This document shows positions 20,747-39,199 of a DNA stretch of 64,000 nucleotides, piece by piece. Origin of the DNA: the human T2T-CHM13v2.0 reference genome, Homo sapiens; assembly GCF_009914755.1 (NCBI RefSeq), contig NC_060939.1, one strand, 5' to 3'. How positions within the stretch are numbered: position 1 is the stretch's first letter; each line of letters starts with the position of its first letter. The notes below the pieces were generated by a model. The model ran no database searches. It was not told where the DNA came from and saw only the letters and a program-made list of their open reading frames with translations. A program made the translations under genes and the position numbers.

Positions 20747-21499
20747 TGATCTGCCTACCTCGGCCTCCCAAAGTGCTGGGATTATAGCCGTGAACCACTG
20801 TGCCCAGCTGAAAGTCTTTGTCTTTTATAAACATATTTACACTGTTCACATTTATGGAGATTGCTGAATATTTTTTACATTTCTATCACTTTATTTTGTA
20901 CTTTCTATTTGCCATGCTTTTCTTTTGCTTATCTATTTATTTATTTATTTTAGAGACAAGGTCTCACTCTGTTGGCCAGGTTGGAGTGCAGTGGTGTGAC
21001 CGTAGCTCACTGCAACTTCAGGCTTCTAGGTCAAGGGATCCTCCCACCTCAGGCTCCCAAGTAGTTGGGACTATACGCCCATGTTACCACGCCTGGCCTT
21101 CTTTTGCTTCTTTTCACATCCTTTTAAGCTTTCTATCGGATCAGCCAAGATTTCTTTATTCTCCTCTACCTCCCTTACTGGTATGGAAATGATATGTTCT
21201 ATTTCTACCTGTTTAGAAATTAAATTCAGACTTGGGAACCCACATCTATAATCTCAGCACTTTGGGAAGCTGAGGCAGGAGTATCACTTGAAGCCAGGAG
21301 TTTGAGACCAGCCTGGGCAGCATAGCAAGACCCTATCTCTACCAAAATTGAAAAACAATTAGCCAGATGTGATGGCACACACCTGTAGCTACTCAGGAGG
21401 CTGAGGCAGGGGGATCCCTTGAGCTCAGGTCAAGGTGGCAGTAAGCCATGATCACACCACTACACTCTAGCCTGGGTGGCAGAGCAAGACCCTGTATCA

Positions 21500-21670
21500 G
21501 AAAGAAAAAAAAGAAAAAGAAAGAGAGAGAGAGAAGGAAAGAAGGAAAGAAAAGAAAAGAAAGAAAGAGAAAGAGGGAGGGAGGAAGGGAGGGAGGAAAG
21601 GAAAGAAGGAAGGAAGGAAGGGAGGAAGGAGAAAGAAAAGAAAAAGGGAAAGGGAAGGGAAGGAAAAATT
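21500..21670. repeat. Polypurine GA-rich low-complexity tract
   Basis: About 170 bp of only A/G (GAAA, GGAA, GGGA units) extending from an Alu tail. Confidence 0.9.
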
Positions 21671-22190
21671 AAATTCTTGACTTTACAAAGTTTAAAACTC
21701 ATTATTTTATTTATCCTTCTTAAAAATATGAGAAACTTAGATTATTTCTCTCCAATTCTCCCATCTTTCATGTTATTAGTCCATAATATTTTAGTTCCAG
21801 TGGGAGTTCTAAGCCTCCTCATTTTTCTTTTCAAGTAGATGTATAAACATGTTTGCACCTTTCTTTCTTTTTTCATAGAGACAGGGGTCTTCCTATGTTG
21901 CCCAGGCTGGTCTCAAACTCCTGGGTTCAAGGGATCTTCCCACCTCAGCTTCCCAAAAGTGCTGGGATTACAGGTGTGAGCCACCCAGCCATGCCAGTTT
22001 CTTTACTCAGCATTGTGTCTTGAATTTCACTCCTGCCTCCTGGGTTCAATTTCCTAATAACTGAAAGGTGTCATTCAACAGGTCTTTTAACAAAAGTCTG
22101 TGAGAATTAAGTTTCTCTGTTTCAACTTGTTTTATTTTACTCTCACTGCTAAGGTCTAAATGTCTCACAGAATTCATGTATTAAAATTTA

Positions 22191-22643
<453 letters not shown>

Positions 22644-23338
22644 TCAAAAAAGAAAAGAAAACAACATTACCTGCAACCCAGAAACCGTCCTTAAGTTCTC
22701 TCTTAGACATTATTTTTCCAAATTCCCCAAAGGTCACTACTACTATCCTAACTTCTACTAAAATGATTGATTTTGCCCATTTTTATTTTTGTGTAAATAA
22801 AGTCATACAGTATATACTCTGTTGTGTCTTTTTCTCAACATTACATTATAAACTTCATTCATGTTTTTGCATGTAGCTGTAATTTACTAATTCCGTTGCT
22901 ATCTAAAGTTGCATTTTATGAACCTGCCATAATTTATTTCTACTATTTGCATTCTACTATTGATGAACATCGGGTGTTTACAGTTTGGGGCTATTACTAA
23001 CGATGCTTCTATGAACGTTCTTACACTTATCTTCTGTACATATATACAAAATTCTGTGGAATAATACTTATGAGTGAATTACTGGGTCATAGGACGTACA
23101 CATACATATATAAAGTGTTCAGTTTTAATAGACACTGCCAACTTTTCAAATTGATTGTCTAATTTATATTCTACCAGCAAAGTATGAGAGTTTCAGTTTC
23201 TCTACAGCACTGATAACAGCATTGTCATTCTTTTCAGCTTTAGTTATTCTGGTGGGTGTAGTGGGAGCTCAGTGCGATTTTTAAATTGCATTTCCCTGGG
23301 GACTAATGAGATTGAGTTCCTTTTCATATGCTTATTAG

Positions 23339-23669
<331 letters not shown>

Positions 23670-23765
23670 TGAACTCCTGACCTCAGGTAATCTGCTGCCT
23701 CGGCCTCCCAAAGTGCTGGGATTACAGGCATAAGCCACCACGCCCAGCCTTGATATACATTTTGA

Positions 23766-24192
<427 letters not shown>

Positions 24193-24221
24193 TAATTTTA
24201 ATGTAGTCCAACTTATTGACC

Positions 24222-25018
<797 letters not shown>

Positions 25019-26225
25019 TAATAAATCTTTTCCTATCCCAAGATTGTGAAAGTATTCTCCTATAGTATCTTCTAGAAGACTTATGCCTTTTTGAAAACTC
25101 CTATAGGCCGGGCGTGGTGGCTCACACCTGTAATCCCAACACTTTGGGAGGCCGAGGTGGGCGGATCACGAGGTCAGGAGATCGAGACCATCCTAGCTAA
25201 CACAGTGGAACCCCATCTGTACTAAAAACACAAAAAATTAGCCGGGCGTGGTGGCATGTGCCTGAAGTCCCAGCTACTCGGGAGGCTGAGGCAGGAGAAT
25301 CGCTTGAACCCAGGAGGTGGAGTTGCAGTGAGCCAAGATTTCGCCATTGCACTCCAGCCTGGGCAACAGAGTGAGACTCTGTCTCAAAACAAACAAACAA
25401 ACAAACAAAAAACTTCTATAGTATCTTCCTAAAGTACAGAAGCTTTAGGCTTTTTTAAAACTTTTACAATGATACCTATAATTAATCTAGAATTGATTTG
25501 TATCCACCCTGATTTCAGGTATGTTTAAATGTGAAAAACAATGTGTTCTCAAGAATTGATAAAAGTTATTTTTTTAGCCCTCATCTGTTACTTAACACTT
25601 TAGGGCATTTTTCTTTGCCATTAAATATTCTTCTACAACATATTTTTAAATTGTAAATTGGCAAATTACCATTGTATATGCTATGGGTTACAAAGTGATG
25701 TTATGGGCTGGGCACCAGTAACTTCAGCACTTTGGGAGGCCAAGGTGGGAGGATTGCTTGAGTTCAGGAATTCAAGACTAGCCTGGGCAATATTGTGAAA
25801 CCCCCATCTCTTAAAAAAAAAAAACAAAAACCAAAGTGATGTTATGATTTATGAATACAATGTAGAAAAATTAAATCAAGCTAATTAACATATCTGTTAC
25901 CTCAAATTCTTATAATTTTTGTAGTGAGAACATTTGAGATTTACACTTAGTGACTTTGAAATGTACAGCACATTATTATTTACTATATTCACCATGCTGT
26001 GCAATATATCTCAAAGAAAAAAACTTATTCCTCCTGTCTAATTGAGGATTTGTACCCTTTGACTATCATTTCTCCCAAGGTTTTGTTTTGTTTTGTTTTG
26101 TTTTTTTACTAGCAGCCTAATAGTCCATTATATTCCTCTCACTGGAGCAGGGGCTCTGGAATCAGTCAGGTTAATATTCTGTCCTCACCTCTTAGGAACT
26201 ATGTAACTTTTACCTTTTTTTTTGA

Positions 26226-26333
<108 letters not shown>

Positions 26334-27014
26334 TAGCTGGGATTACAGGCATGCACCACCACGCTTGGCTAATTTTGCATTTTTAGGAGAGACAAGGTAT
26401 CTCCATGTTGGTCAGGCTGTTCTCTAACTCTTGACCTCAGGTGATCTGCCCGCCTCAGCCTCCCAAAGTGCTGGGATTACAGGCATGAGCCACCGCACGT
26501 GGCTGAACTATGTAACTTTTGACAATAATTTTACTCTCTAGGCTTTAGCTCTTATGGGAGATGGCCAGGTCTTGAACTGAGTTAGTTTCATAGTTGGATC
26601 TCAACCCCTAATTGATTGAGTTAGAAGCCCTACATCAACTGAAATAGTGGATCATTAACTCTAGAACAGTCTTATTTACTCATAAAAGTCTCCTAAAGAC
26701 CTAGGATAGGTCACATTTTGAGAGTCCACAGTTTTATCTACTGTGACTAAGAACAATAAAACTACATGAAACAATGCCCTGTGGTGTTTAAAAGCTGTAG
26801 TCAGGGTTGGCAGCATGAAGGAGTGGCAATTGAACCACTTAATTAAATTCCCTTATCAGATGATCAGATTATTGTTTATCAGTAGAGCTAGTGATTAAGT
26901 GAGGCCTCCAACCTTGTCCTAGCTGGTTGCCTTGGGAGAGTTTCCAGACTTCTCCGTGGCTCACTTTATCATCATCTGTAAAATGGGTAGAGTAACAGCT
27001 TAGTACCAACCTCA

Positions 27015-27476
<462 letters not shown>

Positions 27477-27899
27477 CTACTAAAAATACTAAAATTAGCC
27501 TGGCATGGTGCCATGTGCCTGTAATCCCAGCTACTGGGGAGGCTGAGGCAGGAAAATTGCTTGAACTTGGGAGGTGGAGGTTGCAGTGAGCTGAGACTGC
27601 ACAACTGCACTGCAGTCCAGCCTGGGCGGCAGAATACAATTGTGTCTCAAAAAAAACAAAAAACAAAAAACAAAACTCAACTGAAGATGGACGCAACATG
27701 TGATAAGTGATGAATAATGGCCACCATCATTCTCATCTCTGGCTGGGGTAGGACTAGTGAGATCGGGATGTGTAAGGTAGCTCACTCAGATATTGGGTTA
27801 GGGAGACCCAAAAAACTGCAGTGGAACTCAGGCGCTGTTCATGTGGGGCAGATGGCTAATACTGAAACTCACAAGAAATGGCTAACAACAAACTTCCTA

Positions 27900-28049
<150 letters not shown>

Positions 28050-28230
28050 TTAGCCAGGGATGGTGGCACGTGCCTGTAATCCCAGCTACTTGGTAGGCTA
28101 AGGCAAGAGAATCACTTGAACCCAGGAGGCGGAGGTTGCACTGAGCCAAAAAGGCTCCACTGCCCTCCAGCCTGGGTGACAGAGCAAGATTCCGTCTCGG
28201 GGGAAAAAAAAAGAAAGAAATCAGTTTGTC

Positions 28231-28646
28231 CAATGAGGTGCTGGCAAATGTTTAACAACCAGCTCCAGTGCGGGGGGTGTGTGTGTGTGTATGTGTGTGT
28301 GTGTGTTTGCTAACTTGTAGCATTTGCTGATTTCGGTAGTGTAAATATTTCCACCATGGCCAATTTCAAACTACCAACACAGCATCACTGAACAGAGTTG
28401 TATATTTCCATCTATAATATTTCCACCATATAGATGCAACAGACATAAATGTCCTCAAATGCATAGATACTAGTAAAATATAGTAAAATAATTAGAAAGT
28501 GATGAGTTTGAGTCTTTTAATATAATCATAAGTTTATATAACTTAATTTTTAATAATGGCTATGTGTAACAACTGGCTTGCAAAATTCTTGAGAATTTAA
28601 CAGTTGGCTCTCATGAGCCTGTACAAGCTGGCTCCAGACACCACTC
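28231..28646. mobile_element. MER63-type hAT (Blackjack) element
   Basis: GTGCTGGCAAATGTTTAACAACCAGCTC at the left and GAGCCTGTACAAGCTGGCTCCAGACACCACT at the right. Confidence 0.7.
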
Positions 28647-29427
28647 CAGCCACCCCACGTCTCCTTTTGGATCTTGTGGAGTATAGCCCAGGACGTGGCA
28701 ACTGCACAAGAGCTTAGGGCAGCTTCAATATCCTTCTTAGGGACTCCTTCCTCTGGCAATTGTGTCCCCCTCCTGGAGGACACAGCCCCAGAGGTGACCT
28801 TTTCCCTTCCAGGCTCCAAGCTGTTTAACATTCTCATCCACCAGCATCTCCCCCCACTGCAGGGCGGCTATTTCAGGAATGCCGGGACGTGCACGTAGGG
28901 CATCCTGGCCAGCCACTTGCTGGCCAGCCACTTGCCGAATGCACCCTGTCAGGTGCTCACAAGGTCGTCCAGATGGCTAGAAAGAGAGCAGCAGCCTTAG
29001 GAAGGGGCTGCATGCTCCTAGGCTCACAGCCCCTTGATACTTGCATTCTCTAATTAGGAATGCCTTGGCCAACAGACCCTAGAAGTCCACTGCCCTCGTG
29101 TATTTCAAAACCTGGATCCAAACTACCATTTCTTAGTTTCATCTCACTTCTGCCCATTGCTTCTCTACCCCTGCAAGTGACAACAGAGACAGTCATAAAT
29201 AATGTTGGCAACTTCACGCACGGAGTGCTTGCTCTAGAATTATCCTATTTAATCCTCATAACAACCCTATGAAGTAGGTACTATTTTTATCCCAGTTCTG
29301 TAGATGAGAAGTCCACGACTTGGGGTGGTATGTTAACTTGCCCACAGTCATATAGAAGGACTGTCTGGGGAACCCAAGTGTCTTAATCAGTGTTTTTTCT
29401 TTTACTTTTTTTTTTTTTTTTTTTTGA

Positions 29428-29795
<368 letters not shown>

Positions 29796-30013
29796 TAGCC
29801 AGGATGGTCTTGATCTCCTGACCTCATGTTCCGCCCGCCTCGGCCTTTCAAAGTGCTGGGATTACAGGTCAGCCACCGCGCCCGGCCAAATTTTTGTATT
29901 TTTAGTAGAGACAGAGTTTCACCATGTTGGCCAGGCTGGTCTCAAACTCCTGACCTCAACCTCAGGTGATCTACCTACCTTGGCATCCCAAAGTGTTGGG
30001 ATTACAGGCATGA

Positions 30014-30154
<141 letters not shown>

Positions 30155-31080
30155 TAAGTGGCTGGGATTACAGGCACACACCACCACACCCAGCTATTTT
30201 TTTTTTTTTTGTATTTTTAGTAGAGATGGGGTTTCACCATGTTGGCCAGGCTGGTCTCAAACTCCTGACCTTGTGATCGGCCCACCTCAGACCCCCAAAG
30301 TACTGCGATTACAGGTGGGAGCCACTGCACCCGGCCTATCAGTGTTTTTTCTTTTTCCTTCAACTGTCTTTCTTTACACAGTATCCTTGTTCCACACGTG
30401 ATTATTTTGCATCTTTGACATGTTGCTTATTACTAAACATTCTCAGCACAGAGGCAGTAGTAGAAGCCATGAGTCTGATAAGTTTGCTGAAGGAGAGAGT
30501 GTGCTATGAGGACGGATCGTTGACAAGACCCTGGAGGACACAAGGACCTAAGAGCCCCTAAGAGGAGACAGAGAAGGTGCTGTCCCACAAAGTGCAAGAT
30601 GTCCCAGGAGAGAGGTGTCCAGGGGATGACTGTGCGGGGGAAGCTCCGAAGTGGACAAGTCAACGAGCACCGGAAGGTGTCCCAGGGATCTGGCAATCAA
30701 GAGGCCATCAGTGAGCCAGGCAGGGTCTGTTTCTTCATTTCTTTGCCAGTGGGTGAGGAGGCTGTAGCAGGGAAGGCAGGAGACCCCATAGGTGGGTGGA
30801 GGAAAGGCAGGGAGGTCACAAAGTAGGGCCAGCCAGTGTAGACTTCCCTTCCAAGAAGGAGAAAGACGGAGAGAGACACTAGGTGGAAGAAGGGCTTTTG
30901 GGATTTGGGTTTTAGTTTTAGTTTTTTGTTTTTGTTTTTGTTTTTTAAAAAACACAGTTTCGGCAGGGCGCGGTGGCTCACGCCTGTAATCCCAGCACTT
31001 TGGGACGCCAAGGCGGGGAGATCACAAGGTCAGGAGATCAAGACTACCCCGGCCAACATGGTGAAACCCCATCTCTACTA

Positions 31081-31578
<498 letters not shown>

Positions 31579-31950
31579 TAAACTAAGGCACCAGGCCTTA
31601 GTTTTAGTTTAGTTTTGTTTTAAGCTGGGAATGCCCTTAGCAGATTTCTATGCTGAGGAAAGGGAGCTAGTAGAGGTGAGGCTGAAGATGCTAGCAAGAG
31701 GACAGTGATGGCTGACACCATAGATGTAGGGGGATCGAAGTCCCAGACCAGAGAACACTCCCCTGCCCTCCTGGTTTGGTGGGAGCTAGATGGCTCCTGC
31801 CTTGTGGCCTGTATTTTCTCGAAGGAGGTGGCAGAGGGTAAGGGAATGAGTAGTTGGGGGACTGAGGATAGTGGAGGAGGCGTGTAACAGCCAGTCTGAG
31901 AGGAAAAGAGAAGGGGTTGCCAAGAGAAACAACTGAAATAGGAAGTAATA

Positions 31951-32234
31951 CAGATGCTCCTCGATTCGCAAGGGGCTACAGCCCCATAAACCTGTTGTAT
32001 GTGGAAAATGCATTTAATGTGGACAGCACAGCAGACAGTCCCCCGACTGATAATGGTTTGATTTCAGATGTTTCAACTTTATGATGGTGTGAAAGCATTA
32101 CACTTTCAGTAGAAACCACAACCCCATCGTAAGTCATAAGGAGTTCTTTGACTTAGGTTGGGGCTACATCCTAATAAACCAATCACAAAGTTGAAAAATC
32201 CAGAATGGAAGCATTGGAAGTTGGAGACCATCTG
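31951..32234. mobile_element. MER47/Tigger5-type MITE
   Basis: TA|CAGATGCTCCTCGA ... GGAGACCATCTG|TA: TIRs with TA target duplication. Confidence 0.8.
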
Positions 32235-32439
32235 TACAGGTGCAGTGGGACCATCTCTGCAGGTGTCAGGGCCCCAGCAGCTGAGACTAGACTTGGCAGA
32301 TGCTGATTATGGGTTCGGTCTGCAGCCCATAACCTTGTCCATTGTCTCCTTTTTTACTGCTTTTGCCACCAGAGAAAGACACTCTCCCTCCAGGTTCTGG
32401 GAACCGCTCACCATGGCCCCCCATTTAAAACTCCACGAG

Positions 32440-32738
32440 GCTGGGCACAATGGCGCACACCTGTAGTCCTAACTACACAGGAGGCTCAAGCAGGAGGATG
32501 GCTTGAGCCCAGGAGTTCTGGGCTGTAGTGCACTGTGCCAACCGGGTGTCCACACTATGTTCAGCATTAATATGGTGACCTCCCAGGAGCGGGGGACCAC
32601 CAGGTTGCTTAAAGAGGGGTGAACCGACCCAGGTCAGAAATGAAGCAGGTCAAAACTCCTGTGCCGATCAGCAGTGGGATCCTGCCTATGAATAGCCACC
32701 ACACTCCAGCCTGGACAACATAGTGAGACCCTGCCTCT
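32440..32738 (+). pseudogene. 7SL (SRP) RNA retropseudogene, full length with A-rich tail
   Basis: Contains the 7SL S-domain absent from Alu (GGGCTGTAGTGCACTGTGCC...AATATGGTGACCTCCCAGGAGCGGGGGACCACCAGGTTGCTTAAAGAGGGGTGAACCGACCCAGGTCAGAAATGAAGCAGGTCAAAACTCC) between the Alu-domain ends. Many CpG-type changes. Confidence 0.95.
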
Positions 32739-32830
32739 AAAATAAATAAAAAAATAAATAAGTAAGTAAGTAAGTAAGTAAATAAATGAATAAAGGCTGG
32801 GCGCAGTGGCTCACACCTGTCATCCCAGCA

Positions 32831-33416
<586 letters not shown>

Positions 33417-34832
33417 ACTCACTTTCTTAAGATCACTTAACATGCATAGTAACCCCCCATATAAAATAAGGAAGTTAGTCATTTTGCCCAGAACAGAGCA
33501 GGACTCCCAGTTCCAGGTCAGTGATTATCCCATTTTGTCACAGGATGTACCACAAGATCCCCTGAGGCTTCCTCTTATTTGATCAAATAGAAAATACACT
33601 CTTAGAGGCGGGGCGCGGTGGCTCACGCCTGTAATCCCAGCACTTTGGGAGGCAGAAGCAGGCGGATCACGAGGTCAGGAGTTTAAGACCAGCCTGGCCA
33701 ACATAGTTAAACCCCGTCTCTACTAAAAATATAAAAATTAGCTGGGCGTGCTGGTGGGCACCTGTAATCCCTGCTACATGGGAGGCTGAGACAGGAGAAT
33801 GGCTTGAACCCGGGAGGCGGAGGTTTCAGTGAGCCGAGATCATGCCATTGCACTCCAGCCCGGGTGACAATGCAAGACTCTGTCTCAAAAAACAAAAAAA
33901 GAAAATACATTCTTAGAATTGACCTCCCTGTAGTCAACATAGATGGAATTTATTGCAAGCATTGGTCCTTTTCCCTTGAAAAAGATTTGCCTGTTCAATA
34001 ATTTAGATCTGAGTTTCATTAGGAGGGAAATAGGCTTCCGTTCTGATCTATCAGTAGTGGTTGCATAGGAGCTCACCTGGGAAGAGTTCTGCGATCAACT
34101 AGTCAGGCCTGCCAAGGGCCAGGCAGTGGGAGAGTTAAAGCTTGTGTGCTAAACATTGTGCAGTCAGCCCTCAGTATCTGTGGGGGATTGGTTCCAGGAC
34201 CTTCCTTGGGTGCCAAAATCCATGCATGCTCAAGTCCCTGATATAAAAAGGCATAGTATTTGCATATAACTTACCCACATCCTCCCATATACTTTAAATC
34301 TCTAGATTTTACACATAATATGTAATACAATCTAAATGCTATGTAAATAGTTTTTATGCTGTATTGTTTGGGAGAGAATGACAAGGAAAAGGGTACGTGT
34401 TCAGTACGGCACAATGATTTTTTCAATTTTTTCCAATTTTTTTTTTCTGGAGACAGAGTCTCACTCTGTCACCCAGCCTGGAGTGCAGTGGCACCAACAA
34501 TAGTTCACTGCAGCCTTGAACTCCTGAGTTCCAACGATTCTCTTACCTCAGCCTCCCAAGCTGTTGAGACTACAGGAATGCACCACCATGCCTGGCTTTT
34601 TTTTTTTTTTTTTTTGGTAGAGATGGGGTCTTGCTATGTTGCCCAGATGGGGTCTTGCTATGTTGCCCAAGCTGGTCTCAAACTCTGGGCCTTAAGCGAT
34701 CCTCCTGCCTCAGCTTCCCAAAGTGCTGACATTACAGGTGTGAGCCACCGTGCATGACCCTTCAAATATGATTTTTCTGTGCTTGGTTGAGTCCATGGAT
34801 ATAGAATCCACAGATACGGCATCCACAGATAC

Positions 34833-35534
<702 letters not shown>

Positions 35535-35536
35535 TT

Positions 35537-35554
35537 TTGTGCTGTGACTTGGAT
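35537..35554 (+). other. Primer binding site, tRNA-His (degenerate)
   Basis: TTGTGCTGTGACTTGGAT versus the HERV-H PBS TGGTGCCGTGACTCGGAT: 15/18, with two of the three changes at CpGs. Confidence 0.85.
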
Positions 35555-36077
35555 TGGGGGCCCTTCCTTGGGAGATCAATCCCCTGTCCTCCTGCTCTTT
35601 GCTCCAGGAGAAAGATCCACCACGACCTTGGGTCTTCGGACCAACCAGCCCAAGGAACATCTCACCAATTTTAAATCGGGTAAGCGGCCTCTTTTTACTC
35701 TCTTCTCCAACCTCTCTCACTATCCCTCAACCTCTTTCTCCATTCAGTCTTGGCACCATCCTTCAATCTCTCCCTTCTCTTAATTTCAGTTCCTTTCCTT
35801 TTGTGGTAGAGACAGAGGAGACACATTCTATCCGTGAACCCAAAACTCCAGCGCCGGTCATGGCCTCGGGAAGACAGTCTTCCCTTGGTGTTTAATCACT
35901 GTGGGAATGCCTGCTTGATTATTCACCCATGTTTCAGAGGTGTCTGATCACCGCTGGGAAGCCTGCCTTGATCGTTCACCCTTAGTGGCAAGCACCACTT
36001 TCCTGGGGGGCAACACCCCCCACCCCTTCTCTCCATGTCTCCACTCTCTCTTTTCTCTGGGCTTGCCTCCTTCACTA

Positions 36078-37363
36078 TGGGCAACCTTCTACCCTCCATT
36101 CCTCCTTCTTCTCCCTTAGCCTGGCAAGAACTTAAAACCTCTTCAACTCACACCTGACCTAAAACCTAAACCCCTTATTTTCTTCTGCAATGCCGCTTAA
36201 CCCCAACACAAACTCGACAGTGGTTCCAAATAGCCAGAAAATGGCACTTTCGATTTTTCCATCCTACAAGATCTAGTTAATTCTTGTCATAAAATGGGCA
36301 AATGGTCTGAGATGCCTGATGTCCAGGCATTCTTTTACACATCGGTCCCTCCCTAGTCTCTGTTTCCAATGCTACTCATCCCAAATCCTCCTTCTTTCCC
36401 TCCCACCTGTCCCCTCAGTCCCAACCCCAAGTGTCACTGAGTCTTTTCAATCTTCCTTTTCTACTGACCCATCTGACCTCTCCCCTCCTCCCCAAACTGC
36501 TCCTCCTCAGGTCTTTCCCTGCCAGGATGAATCAGGCTCCAATTCTTCCTCAGCCTCCGCTCCCCCATCCTATAATCCTTCTGTAACCTACCCTCCTCAC
36601 ACCCAGTCCAGCTTACAGTTTTGTTCTGCAACTAGCCCTCCCCGACCTGCCCAACAATTTCCTCTTAAAGAGGTGGCTGGAGCTAAAGGCATAGTCAAGG
36701 TTAATGCTCCTTTTTCTTTATCTGACCTCTCCCAAATCAGTTAGCGTTTAGGCTCTTTTTCCTCAAATATAAAAACCCAGCCCAGTTCATGGCTCCTTTG
36801 GCAGCAACCCTGAGACGCTTTACAGCCCTAGACCCTGAAGGGCCAGGAAGCCGTCTTATTCTCAATATGCATTTTATTACCCAATCCGCTCCCGACGTTA
36901 GATAAAGCTCCAAAAATTAGATTCCGGCCCTCAAACCCCACAACAGGACTTAATTAACCTCACCTTCAAGGTATGCAATAATAGAGTAGAGGCAGCCAAG
37001 TAGCAAAATATTTCTGAGTTGCAATTCCTTGCCTCCACTGTGAGAGAAACCCCAGCCACATCTCCAGCACACAAGAACTTCAAAATGCCTAAGCCGTAGA
37101 TGCCTAAGCTGCAGCGGTCAAGCCTTCCTACAGGACCTCCTCCATCAGGACCTTGCTTCAAGTGCCAGAAATCTGGCCACCGGGCCAAGGAATGCCAGCA
37201 GCCCAGGATTCCTCCCAAGCTGTGTCCAATCTGTGCAGGGATCCACTGGAAATCAAACCACCCAGCTTGCCCGGCAGCCACTCTTAGAGCCCCTAAAGCT
37301 CTGGCCCAAGGCTCTCTGACTGACGCCTTCCCAGATCTTCTTGGCTTCGCAGCTGAAGACTGA
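36078..37363 (+). pseudogene. gag: HERV-H gag remnant with an intact CCHC zinc knuckle
   Basis: Start ATGGGCAACCTT. ORF 37100-37363 encodes CFKCQKSGHRAKEC (CX2CX4HX4C) and ends GFAAED-stop. Several upstream stops and frameshifts. Confidence 0.88.
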
Positions 37364-38960
37364 CACTGCTCAATCACCTCAGAAGCCTCCTGGACCATCA
37401 CAGACGCTTTGGGTAACTCTTAAAGTGGAGGGTAAGTCAGTCCCCTTCTTAGTCAATATGGAGGCTACACACTCCACATTGCCTTCTTTTCAAGGGCCTG
37501 TTTCCCTTGCCTCCATAACTGTTGTGGGTATTGACGGCCAGGCTTCAAAATCCCTTAAAATTCCCCCACTCTGGTGCCAACTTGGACAACATTCTTTTAT
37601 GCACTCCTTTTGTTATCCCCACCTGCCCAGTTCCTTATTAGGCCAAGACACTTTAAATTATCTGCTTCCCTGACTATTCCTGGGCTACAGCCACACCTCA
37701 TTGCCGCCCTTTTCCCCAGTTCAAAGCCTCCTTCACATCCTCCCCTTGTACCTCCCCACCTTAATCCACAGGTATAGGACACCTCTACTCCCTCCTCGGC
37801 GACCGATCATGCACCCCTTACCATCCCATTAAAACCTAATCACCCTTACCTTGCTCAATGCCAATATCCCATCCCACAGCACCCTTTAAAAGGATTAAAG
37901 CCTGTTATCACTCACCTGTTACAGCATGGCCTTTTAAAGCCTATAAACTCTCCGTACAATTCCCCTATTTTACCTGTCCAAAAATCAGACAAGTCTTACA
38001 AGTTAGTTCAGGATCTGTGCCTTATCAACCAAATTGTTTTGCCTATCCACCCCGTGGTGACGAACTCATATACTCTCCTCCTCAATGCCTCCCTCCACAA
38101 CCCCTCCACAAGCCATTATTCTGTTCTGGATCTCAAACGTGCTTTCTTTACTATTCCTTTGCGTCCCATCCCAGCCTCTCTTCGCTTTCACTTGGACTGT
38201 CCCTGACACTCATCAGGCTCAGCAAGTTTCCTGGGCTGTACTGCCTCAAGGCTTCACGGACAGCCCCCATTACTTCAGTCAAGCCCAAATTCCTTCCTCA
38301 TCCATTACCTATCTCGGCATAATTCTTCATGAAAACACACATGCTCTCCCTGCTAATGGTGTCCGGTTAAATCTATCCTCAAGGAAATCACTTCTCAGTG
38401 TTCCATCTGCTATTCTCCTACTCCTCAGGGATCGTTCAGGCCCCCTCCCCTTCCCTACACGTCAAGCTCAGGGATTTGCCCCCACCTAGGACTGGCAAAT
38501 TGACTTTGCTCACATGCCCCGAGTCAGGAAACTAAAATACCTCTTGGTCTGGGTAGACGCTTTCACCGGATGGGTAGAGGCCTTTCCCACAGGGTCTGAG
38601 AAGGCCACCACAGTCATTTCTTCCCTTCTGTCAGACATAATTCCTCGGTTTGGCCTTCCCATCACTATACAGTCCGATACCGGACCGGCCTTTATTAGTT
38701 AAATCACCAAGCAGTTTCTCAGGCTCTTGGTATTCAGTAGTAAAATCTTCATACCCCTTACCGTCCTCAATCTTCAGGAAAGGTAAAACGGACTAATAGT
38801 CTTTTAAAGACATACCTCACCAAGCTCAGCCTCCAGCTTCAAAAGGACTGGACAGTACTTTTACCTCTCGCCCTTCTCAGAATTAAAGCCTGTCCTCAGG
38901 GTGCTAGTAAAGCCCATTTAAGCTCCTGTATGGACAGTCCTTTTTATTAGAGCCCAGTCT
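37364..38960 (+). pseudogene. pol: HERV-H pro-pol remnant (protease, partial RT, integrase core)
   Basis: VEGKSVPFLVNMEATHSTL (protease, catalytic DTG lost), WAVLPQGFTDSPHYFSQA (RT LPQG motif), KYLLVWVDAFTGWVEAFPT...IQSDTGPAFIS (integrase). Deleted and frameshifted. Confidence 0.92.
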
Positions 38961-39199
38961 CATTCCAGACACCATCCCAACTTGAACTGCACCCCAAAAA
39001 CTTGTCATCCCTGCTATCTTCTGTCTAGTCATACTCATATTCATTATTTTCAACTACTTGTAAATACCCTGCCCTTGTTTACACTGCCAGTTTACACTTT
39101 TCCTCCAAACCATCATAACTGATATCTCCTGGTTTTACCTCAAACCGGCACCATTAAGTCTCTCTCAAAGTGGATAGATCATCTTTGCTGACAGGGTAC

